Part shown: positions 40,593 through 52,332 of the stretch, in pieces | Position numbering within the stretch: position 1 is the first letter of the stretch | Layout of the letters: every line of letters starts with the position of its first letter | From: Thermoproteota archaeon | GTDB taxonomy: Archaea > Asgardarchaeota > Njordarchaeia > Njordarchaeales > Panguiarchaeaceae | NCBI GenBank assembly: GCA_024720975.1 | Contig: JANJXX010000001.1 | Span: forward strand, 345,839 to 409,838 | Reading direction: 5' to 3' | Length of the DNA: 64,000 nt | Made by a program: the position numbers and the translations under genes | Notes under the pieces: model-generated | What the model was told of the DNA's origin: nothing | What the model saw: the letters and a program-made list of their open reading frames with translations, nothing else | The model's database searches: none

Positions 40593-41108
40593 ATGCCAAG
40601 AGCACTTTTCGTTGGACGCTTTCAACCTTTTCACAAGGGACATGAACATGCACTTAATCAAATACTTGAGCATGAGAATGAAATTATAATTGCTGTCGGA
40701 ACTACTCAGGAGAACTATACCTTTGAGAATCCATTAACTGCTGGGGAACGAATAGATCTTATCTGGACATATCTTAAGAGTGAGGGGCTTTGTGAACGCG
40801 CAATTATATGTGCTGTCCCGGACATAAATAACAATTACCTATGGCCAAGACATGTGATGTCTTTAGTTCCAAAGTTTGATGTAGTCTATTCTGGGAATAA
40901 TCTCGTCTTATTGCTGTTTGAATCGATGAACATCCCAGTTAAAAGAATCATTGAGGTAAATCGCTCGGAGTATCAAGGAAGAGTCATTCGCCAAAGGATT
41001 CTCGAAGGAAAACCGTGGGAGCAGCTCGTCCCAGATGTCGTAGCTGATAGATTGAAGATTGTTGGTTTTGAGGAGCGCATAAGACGCTTGGCTAAATCTC
41101 ACATTTGA
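40593..41108 (+). CDS. nadM: Nicotinamide-nucleotide adenylyltransferase
   Basis: GRFQPFHKGH, NPLTAGER, WEQLVP. Confidence 0.94.
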   Translation: MPRALFVGRFQPFHKGHEHALNQILEHENEIIIAVGTTQENYTFENPLTAGERIDLIWTYLKSEGLCERAIICAVPDINNNYLWPRHVMSLVPKFDVVYSGNNLVLLLFESMNIPVKRIIEVNRSEYQGRVIRQRILEGKPWEQLVPDVVADRLKIVGFEERIRRLAKSHI

Positions 41109-41193
41109 ATTTGCTGGATGCTAATTTTCGATTGACTTAAATTTCCTCAAAACAGCATTAGGTCAGATTTACTGCAACATATGGCGGAAGCTT

Positions 41194-42069
41194 ATGCCTA
41201 AAGTAACTCTCATGTTCAAATCTAGAGATAATCTGTATTATGAATTCTTCATAGAGAACAGCGATGTGCATATTATGAATACTCTCCGAAGGACCATACT
41301 AGCCGAAACAGTAACTTTAGCTATACACGACGTCTACATAAATCAGAACACATCTGTCATCCCAGATGAAGTAATAGCACAAAGATTGGGGCTTATTCCG
41401 CTGAGAGTTGAACCTTCAGAGCTTAATCTCACTGAGGAGGCCGCTGCTGTAGAGCCTGACCTAAAGAGACTTTATAAACTCACTGCAAGACTCAGATTGC
41501 GGAAAATAAACACTGAAGACGCCACCAAGGTTACTAAAGTCATAACCGTTTACTCAGGCGATTTGGAGTCTATTGATAAAAAAACCTTGAGACCTGTTTA
41601 CGATAATATTCCGATTGTTAAACTTGGACCGAAGCAAGAAATAGACCTTGAGTGCATTGCGAAAGTTGGTCGCGGCAAGGACCACGCAAAATTCTCCCCT
41701 GTCTCCACAGTAGCCTATAAGATCATGCCAACACTGAATGTTAAGGATAACTGCACCTCGTGTGGTGAGTGCGTTAACGCATGCCCATATAATTGTTTAG
41801 AGATGGAACTAGGCAAACCCGTCTTAAAAAGCCTCGGCCTTTACAACTGCGACCTTTGCCGCATCTGTGTAAGGCATTGTCCAGAGAAGGCACTGGAGAT
41901 TGAACCCAATAACAGGGACTTCATATTCCGCATCAAACTCATAGGGCAGCTTCAAATTGATGAAATTCTAGACCAAATAGACGCAATATTCGAAAGAAAA
42001 CTTGACTACTTAGTTGATAAGATCGAGGAATCAATAAACGAATACCTCAAACAAACTACTCAAGAGTAA
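41194..42069 (+). CDS. rpoD: RNA polymerase subunit Rpo3 (D) with two 4Fe-4S motifs
   Basis: NTLRR, NTSV..DE.IAQRLGLIP, HAKFSP; CTSCGECVNACP and CDLCRICVRHCP. Confidence 0.96.
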   Translation: MPKVTLMFKSRDNLYYEFFIENSDVHIMNTLRRTILAETVTLAIHDVYINQNTSVIPDEVIAQRLGLIPLRVEPSELNLTEEAAAVEPDLKRLYKLTARLRLRKINTEDATKVTKVITVYSGDLESIDKKTLRPVYDNIPIVKLGPKQEIDLECIAKVGRGKDHAKFSPVSTVAYKIMPTLNVKDNCTSCGECVNACPYNCLEMELGKPVLKSLGLYNCDLCRICVRHCPEKALEIEPNNRDFIFRIKLIGQLQIDEILDQIDAIFERKLDYLVDKIEESINEYLKQTTQE

Positions 42070-42754
42070 ATCTCCACTTAGTTCTGCGTTCAGCAACGTA
42101 TCTACCACGCATAAAAATCTCTTTCACTCTCTTAATTACTACATCCGCATTTCCATATTCAGATTCGTAACCCGAGAGGAACTCCGACCAATACTCCTGG
42201 TAATAATTGAAGTGGTATATTTCAAGACCTCTACTGAAGACTCTAAGTTCTACTGCATAATCCTCCGGATCTTTACTCCCGGTGTAGTAGCCTAGTCCAA
42301 AGTCTATAACGAATAATCTTCCACTTGGAGTTAATATTAAGTTCGAGGTAGTAAAATCTCCATGGATTACTCCCACATCATGAAGCCTACCAAGATAAGC
42401 TCCAGCCAGCCTGATATATTTTAGAGCCTGCTCCTGACGATGCTCAACCTCGAGCTTGAGGATAGCGCGCCTAAGAAGTTCCCCCTCTATATACTCAATG
42501 ATAAGTGCGCAGGCATCCTCATCAACGTATAATACGTACGGCACTGGCACCCGAGCCGCCTTAGCCATACTTAGGAGTCTAGCCTCGCGTCGGGTTCTTC
42601 CTCTACGTATTTTTATATCAAGCAGTGGGTGCCTGTATTCTTTGGGAAACCTTAACTTTCTTACAGCTGGGTGTCCATAAAAGACTCCTTTATATACTTC
42701 AGCTTCAGCACCCCTAGATATCAGAATCCATTCCTCTCTCACCCAGATCCCCAT
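42056..42754 (-). CDS. bud32: KEOPS kinase Bud32
   Basis: GAEA, K.YRHP.LD, HGDFTTSN, IDFGL, RGRY. Confidence 0.95.
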   Translation of the reverse strand: MGIWVREEWILISRGAEAEVYKGVFYGHPAVRKLRFPKEYRHPLLDIKIRRGRTRREARLLSMAKAARVPVPYVLYVDEDACALIIEYIEGELLRRAILKLEVEHRQEQALKYIRLAGAYLGRLHDVGVIHGDFTTSNLILTPSGRLFVIDFGLGYYTGSKDPEDYAVELRVFSRGLEIYHFNYYQEYWSEFLSGYESEYGNADVVIKRVKEIFMRGRYVAERRTKWRFTLE

Positions 42755-43814
42755 GTAATCTATATCTTAGTAGTGCTATTATACCTCCGAAATTTTTTAT
42801 CTTATCGTGCAAAGGATGAACCCTAGAAATTATCCTAATCTTAGCACGAAAATCGTTAGCACGCTTTATATACTCCAGAATTTTACTGCGAACTGTGCAT
42901 TCGGGATTATTTATGAGATCTATAATGACCAGGAGCTTTTTAGCAGCACCCCATTCTATCGCTTTCGAAACAGCCTCTAGACCATAGCATGCTAACCCAT
43001 CCCCCCTCCCTAAATGCTCTAGGAATTCTTCATAATCCTTCAGGTCCGAAGCTACGAGAAATTCGTTTGTTATCTTTAATACCGTACCCCTACGCAATAC
43101 TTCGTTTATAGCTGCTTCCGTCCCTGAGCTTGCTTGATCTAATATAATTGGAACTCTATCTCCTAAATTTCTTCTCAAGAATTCAGCAAATTCCTCTTTA
43201 GTCAAACTAGGGCCCGCGATTATTATTCCTGAGATATTCCTGTATTTGCTCATAACCTCCGATGCCAGCTCCAAAACTTTCTTGAAGAATGCATTTCTCA
43301 AAGATGTAGCATCTGATGCATCCTTATATGAAATGTGCTGATAAACTGACGAGAAAATCTCAAGACTTCTGCCAGTGAGAACACCTATAGTAGCTTCATC
43401 ACGCTCTATTGCAATTATGATTATTGGATTTAATCTACGCAGTGTATCAGCCTCCTTGAGTACCTCAATTTCAGCTTCTGAAAAACCATCTGAACGCATA
43501 ATTTTAACTTTTGATCCTACCCTTAGTTGGATTGTGTGATATGCACCGAGCGGAGCAAAATTCTCAGGACCACTGAATATTCTTCCCCCGATTCTTAGAG
43601 TTTCCAGCATTTCATGAAAGGCTAGTTTTTCAACTACGATGGTTAGTTTCATTTTCTTTCGTTCGCTTGTACCTTCGAATTTCACTTTTCTGGCGGTAAT
43701 AGCTTCTACTAGATCCCCAGGTCTGAGGAAATTCCACAAGGCAAATAAATCGTTTATATCCTCGACCTGTGCTTCTAGTACTCCTTTATTCATATCGATA
43801 TTATAGATCCTCAT
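42714..43814 (-). CDS. pelA: Ribosome rescue factor Pelota/aDom34
   Basis: DLFALWN, LRIGG, GAYHT, IAGP...KEEF, CYG, FGGIIALLRY. Confidence 0.94.
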   Translation of the reverse strand: MRIYNIDMNKGVLEAQVEDINDLFALWNFLRPGDLVEAITARKVKFEGTSERKKMKLTIVVEKLAFHEMLETLRIGGRIFSGPENFAPLGAYHTIQLRVGSKVKIMRSDGFSEAEIEVLKEADTLRRLNPIIIIAIERDEATIGVLTGRSLEIFSSVYQHISYKDASDATSLRNAFFKKVLELASEVMSKYRNISGIIIAGPSLTKEEFAEFLRRNLGDRVPIILDQASSGTEAAINEVLRRGTVLKITNEFLVASDLKDYEEFLEHLGRGDGLACYGLEAVSKAIEWGAAKKLLVIIDLINNPECTVRSKILEYIKRANDFRAKIRIISRVHPLHDKIKNFGGIIALLRYRLHGDLGERGMDSDI

Positions 43815-44391
43815 ATATCTCCAACGCGTTAATTTTCTTGAGTCTGAGGTAAAGTTCCTCTACAAGACTATCAACTTTGCTTCTGGGAATGGCCATAACG
43901 TATGCATCTTCGCCATCTGCATAATAATTAGCAACCCTTGCAACGACCTCAAAGCCAAGTTTATGATACAAATTTTGGGCAGGAATATTCGATACTCTTA
44001 CCTCTAGAAAAACTTCCGAAGCATTAAGCTTGAACATGTGTCTCATAGACACAACCATCAATGCAGATGCTATTCCTCTACGTCTATAGTCAGGAAGCAC
44101 ACCAATACTAAATACATGACCCTTAGTTACTTTCCGATTTCTCTCAAAAAAAGACTTTGCGTCGAATTCAAGTTTGTTCATGCAATACCCAATTACTTCG
44201 TCATTCTGTAAGTCAACAGCAACGAAGAAAATGCTCCCAAAATTCCGTAGCATAGCCAAGAAGAGGGAGGTACTATAGTTCTCTGGAAGAGTCCTTCTAT
44301 TAACGCTAATGACACCAGCGATGTCCTCAATGCTACATCTCCGTATTTTTATACCATCTAGATTAAACTTAAACTCGCTAGTACTTGCCAT
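43801..44391 (-). CDS. N-terminal acetyltransferase (Ard1/RimI type)
   Basis: LPENY, GHVFSIGV.P.YRRRGIA, LEVRVSN, YYADGEDAY. Confidence 0.93.
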   Translation of the reverse strand: MASTSEFKFNLDGIKIRRCSIEDIAGVISVNRRTLPENYSTSLFLAMLRNFGSIFFVAVDLQNDEVIGYCMNKLEFDAKSFFERNRKVTKGHVFSIGVLPDYRRRGIASALMVVSMRHMFKLNASEVFLEVRVSNIPAQNLYHKLGFEVVARVANYYADGEDAYVMAIPRSKVDSLVEELYLRLKKINALEIYEDL

Positions 44392-44456
44392 AAATGACAC
44401 CAGAGCTTGACTTAAAACTCTTTAATGAATCTAAAACCTTTCATATGGGAATAAAG

Positions 44457-44723
44457 ATGAAGCTTGAAGAAATTTTCAAAACAAACTTACAAACAAGACT
44501 ACTGGAGATATTCTTAGAGAACCCTAACGAGTTATTCTCAATACGAGCATTAGCAGAGAAACTTTCAACATCTCCATCATCTGTGATACCGAGACTAAAA
44601 GCGCTTAAGGAGCTGGGAGTAATAAAAGAAACAGGTACAAACAGGCTCAAATTATATCAACTGAACCGAAACAGATTGACAGAGGCGCTTGTTTCATTCT
44701 ACAGGCAAATAAAGAGCCTCTAG
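44457..44723 (+). CDS. Winged-helix DNA-binding protein
   Basis: SIRALAEKLSTSPSSV...L..L...GVI...LYQLN. Confidence 0.8.
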   Translation: MKLEEIFKTNLQTRLLEIFLENPNELFSIRALAEKLSTSPSSVIPRLKALKELGVIKETGTNRLKLYQLNRNRLTEALVSFYRQIKSL

Positions 44724-44893
44724 ATTTAAGTTATATACCCATTAGAACATTCTTAGATACAACAAATAATAAACAAAAATTGTAAATATGTCAGCAGTTA
44801 GCACCGTTATATACGAATTAATAAATTTAACCCAAACACTGTAGTATAGACTTCTGGCACCCCCAAACAAAGGGGGTACATTTATCAACGGAA

Positions 44894-44920
44894 AGGAGAG
44901 GTAGACACACCTAGGGCAAA

Positions 44921-44933
<13 letters not shown>
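44894..44933 (+). other. 5' arm of the 23S processing stem (pairs with 47916-47954), with relaxed BHB motif
   Basis: AGGAGAGGTAGACACACCTAG pairs with CTAGGTGTGTCTACCTCTCCT; GGGC/GCCT helix flanked by AAA and AC(T) bulges; inner helix GACACCGAAGGCA/TGCCTTCGGTGTC. Confidence 0.8.
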
Positions 44934-47928
<2,995 letters not shown>

Positions 47929-48081
47929 GCCTACTAGGTGTGTCTACCTCTCCTAGCATTTCTCCAGCGCTGATTTCCTACTTGCCCTCTCGACTTTGAC
48001 TCGCTACTTTTGATTGCAGAACTTAAAAAGGGAGAATTATAGATACGTTAGGTATAAGTAGCTGTAATTAAGAAGGAAGAA

Positions 48082-48156
48082 GGAGGGGTAGTGTAGGGGT
48101 AGCACGCAGGATTTGCAATCCTGAGGCCGCGGGTTCAAATCCCGCCCCCTCCACCA
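48082..48156 (+). tRNA. tRNA-Ala(UGC) with A3-U70 pair and encoded CCA
   Basis: Acceptor GGAGGGG/CCCCTCC, D stem GTGT/GCAC, anticodon arm CAGGA-TT TGC AA-TCCTG, T arm GCGGG-TTCAAAT-CCCGC, A73, CCA. Confidence 0.92.
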
Positions 48157-48728
48157 TCAATTCTTAGAATCTAATTATCCAAGCAGATTTTCCTTGAGAA
48201 TGTCTCCTTTGTTCTATGCTGTTGGGAAATACGTTATGGGAGATTGATTCCACACCGACTGACGCATTCTAGCTAAACCTTGATTCGCTATGAACACTTC
48301 TTGAGTCTTAAGAACAGGATAACTCTACGCGCATATAAACGTCGGAATATAGAAGTAAGCTATTGCCCTACATTAAGGATCTTCAAAATGCGCAGGACTG
48401 AGAAGTTTAGACACTAAACAAGTTGACCAATATTACAATCCAACTAGGACTAACATTAGAGAGGCGACCGCAAACCGAATAGTGAACAATATAAAAAATT
48501 CGGATTACTCGAGGGCATTCTAGTCATGCTTACTAATATGCTCCTGATTTATCTCTAAATGAATATGCTTTGAAATAGGGGCGAAATTACATTATCAGCA
48601 GCAACTGAAGGACGCTAGCCAATAAGCAAGATGAAAGTATGTATTGTGTAACAACACCACTGCAAAAACAGCAATACCTGCACAATCAAATATATTGCTG
48701 AATGAGTGGAGTTAGAAAGAGAATTAGG

Positions 48729-48753
48729 GGGTATCATGCTCAACATCCGGTCC
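48729..48753 (-). repeat. 3' arm of the 16S processing stem: perfect 25-bp inverted repeat with 50331-50355
   Basis: GGGTATCATGCTCAACATCCGGTCC is the exact reverse complement of GGACCGGATGTTGAGCATGATACCC. Confidence 0.9.
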
Positions 48754-48756
48754 ACC

Positions 48757-50272
<1,516 letters not shown>

Positions 50273-50365
50273 CTGCTTGGCGTGCCTCCCTTTTCCGGGA
50301 GGCATTATCGCCGTGGGACGTTTGAGGCGGGGACCGGATGTTGAGCATGATACCCTTTCCGTTAT

Positions 50366-50427
50366 TTTTGTTGCAGTCCCCGGATGCCCTTACCTTCATT
50401 CTTTTCAGGTGGGCTTTTGGGACTGCC
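50366..50427 (-). ncRNA. H/ACA-like hairpin with K-loop, just upstream of the 16S leader
   Basis: GCAGTCCC/GGGACTGC stem, pocket AAAA/ATCCG, GCCC/GGGC, ACCT-GA-loop-ATGA-AGGT K-loop, ACA 14 nt from the pocket top. Confidence 0.6.
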
Positions 50428-50703
50428 AATAGTATAATACATTGGCTCCTGGTAGCTTTTTTTATTATTGTATATATTATTATTATCATCGTTCATATTT
50501 GTGTTTTTAATTTATTATAAGTCTGCTTGTTTAAACTTTTATTAGATATATATTTTTCTGCAGTGCTGGAAGACTTTGCAGGTTGATGCCGGAAGCTTCG
50601 CAAATATCAGTTGATTTTCATTTTCGGGTGTGTTTATTTTTCATCTCATGTTTTTGAATTAATTATAGGAATAATCTAAAGGGAGAGATTATAGTGCTCA
50701 ACT

Positions 50704-50762
50704 CTGTGATGAGAAGAAGTACCTCTGAGCTCTGCAATGACGAGTTGGTCCTTCTCTGATGA
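50704..50762 (+). ncRNA. Dual-guide box C/D sRNA targeting 16S rRNA
   Basis: C GTGATGA 50706-12, D' CTGA 50725-28, C' ATGACGA 50737-43, D CTGA 50756-59; guides match 16S at 49637-45 and 49599-609. Confidence 0.92.
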
Positions 50763-50787
50763 ATCTATAGATTATACGGGTTGCTGT

Positions 50788-51936
50788 ATGTCAGCACGTG
50801 ACGTAATTGCAGATTTGGATTTGTCAGGTATTCCTACAGTTCCTTTCTGGCGCCCAGATAGTGTAGCTATTTTGAGGGATAAGGATGCTATAATTCGTTT
50901 TAATCGCTACTGGCGTATATTGTCTGGAAAGAGTCTGGCTAAGTATTTAATTGCGAAAAAATTCGCTGTCGATGAGTATGATCCTCTGGATGAGAACTCT
51001 ATGTGGCGTATACATCGCGATTACATGGAGGAATTTCACGATTTCTTAAATACAAGAAACGATAGGGAGATTTTAGATTGGTACGAGAAAAGCAGTTTTC
51101 CTCACTATAATTTGCTTCGACTTAAGCATGACTTATCGAATGCAATTGTAAAGAGCTGTAGGTTTTGTGAATTTAAATGCAATATAAACAGGGCAGAGGG
51201 CGCTGTAGGAAGATGCCGAGTTGATGCTAAATCTCGTATAGCGTCAATTTTTGTTCATATTGGAGAGGAACCCGAGCTCGTTCCATCATACACAATATTC
51301 TTCTCCGGATGTAATTTTAGGTGCGTCTATTGTCAAAACTGGGACATCTCGCAAAGAATAACAGGAGTTCACCTGCCACCCATTGAAGTCGCTATCCGTA
51401 TTGATGAACGATTTCAAGCGAACGAAATTAGAAATGTTAACTGGGTCGGCGGGGATCCTACACCTAACATACACTTTATTCTAGGTGTATTGCTATACAC
51501 TAATTCGAATGTTCCACAAGTCTGGAATTCAAATTTTTACAATAGCATTGAAGCCCTCCAAATACTTGACGGCGTTATAGATTTATGGCTACCGGACTTC
51601 AAATATGGAAATAATGAATGCGCAACTAGGCTTTCAGGTGCCCCAAGGTATTTTGATGTCGTGACTAGAAATTTCAAGATAGTTAACGGAAATGGCGATG
51701 AGATATTAATAAGACACTTAGTTTTACCTAATCATTTAGACTGCTGCACAAAACCTATTTTGCGTTGGATACATGACAATTTAGATCTCTCTAAAGTACG
51801 TGTTAACGTGATGGCTCAATACCGACCTGAATATCAAGCCAGTGCGTATAAAGATATCTCTAGACGACTTACGAAAGATGAGTTCAATGAAGCAATACAG
51901 TATGCACGAAAGCTCGAACTACCGTTAACCAGTTAA
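50788..51936 (+). CDS. Radical SAM protein (PflX/COG1313-like)
   Basis: C.FC...C..NR, GEEPELVPS.TIFFSGCNFRCVYCQN, GGDPTP, DFKYGN, RHLVLP; ATG 50788 chosen because 50737 lies inside the sRNA. Confidence 0.9.
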   Translation: MSARDVIADLDLSGIPTVPFWRPDSVAILRDKDAIIRFNRYWRILSGKSLAKYLIAKKFAVDEYDPLDENSMWRIHRDYMEEFHDFLNTRNDREILDWYEKSSFPHYNLLRLKHDLSNAIVKSCRFCEFKCNINRAEGAVGRCRVDAKSRIASIFVHIGEEPELVPSYTIFFSGCNFRCVYCQNWDISQRITGVHLPPIEVAIRIDERFQANEIRNVNWVGGDPTPNIHFILGVLLYTNSNVPQVWNSNFYNSIEALQILDGVIDLWLPDFKYGNNECATRLSGAPRYFDVVTRNFKIVNGNGDEILIRHLVLPNHLDCCTKPILRWIHDNLDLSKVRVNVMAQYRPEYQASAYKDISRRLTKDEFNEAIQYARKLELPLTS

Positions 51937-52064
51937 GTGAGGGTATCTCCAACGTATGTATAAGAATACACATAAGTGCTCTTGTTGAGAAAGTGCAACA
52001 TTAATTTTAAAAATCATGAAGATAACTATTGATATCCACTTAATGGGGCATGGAAAACTTCCGA

Positions 52065-52157
52065 GGGCCGGTAGCTCAGCTGGAAGAGCGTCAGGCTTTT
52101 AACCTGAAACTCCGAGGAGGAGCAGGATGGTCGCGGGTTCGAATCCCGCCCGGCCCA
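52065..52157 (+). tRNA. tRNA-Lys(UUU) with 20-nt intron at non-canonical position 44/45 (52109-52128)
   Basis: Acceptor GGGCCGG/CCGGCCC, anticodon arm TCAGG-CT TTT AA-CCTGA, T arm GCGGG-TTCGAAT-CCCGC; removing the intron restores an AGGTC variable loop and 73 nt. Confidence 0.9.
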
Positions 52158-52332
52158 CTTCTAAACTACATTTTGTCGACTCGATTACCTTGCTATCCTT
52201 TTAGTGCGAGTCTTTACAGCCACCTACGAGAATAGGACCTTTATCTTGCAATGGGTCAAACAACCTCTTAGCTTGTAAATACCAGAAAAACTAGCATAAC
52301 ATGATGTTTGCAACATTCAATCATACAGTTAC

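Noticed and set aside
48107-48123. Reading the tRNA as tRNA-Cys(GCA)
   Set aside because: The 5-bp stem CAGGA/TCCTG centres TGC in the 7-nt loop, and A73 fits Ala rather than Cys (U73).
48082-48156. Reassignment of GCA codons to another amino acid
   Set aside because: GCA occurs at conserved Ala positions in FtsZ and AhcY. Only spot-checked, so low-level mistranslation is not excluded.
48157-48728. 5S rRNA or another structured RNA in the spacer between the rRNAs
   Set aside because: AT-rich, with no 5S motifs, no C/D box set and no ORF of 60 aa or more.
50737-50787. N-terminal extension of the radical SAM protein
   Set aside because: The ATG is part of the sRNA C' box; ATG 50788 is more plausible.
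52050-52235. 61-aa ORF
   Set aside because: It overlaps the tRNA-Lys gene.
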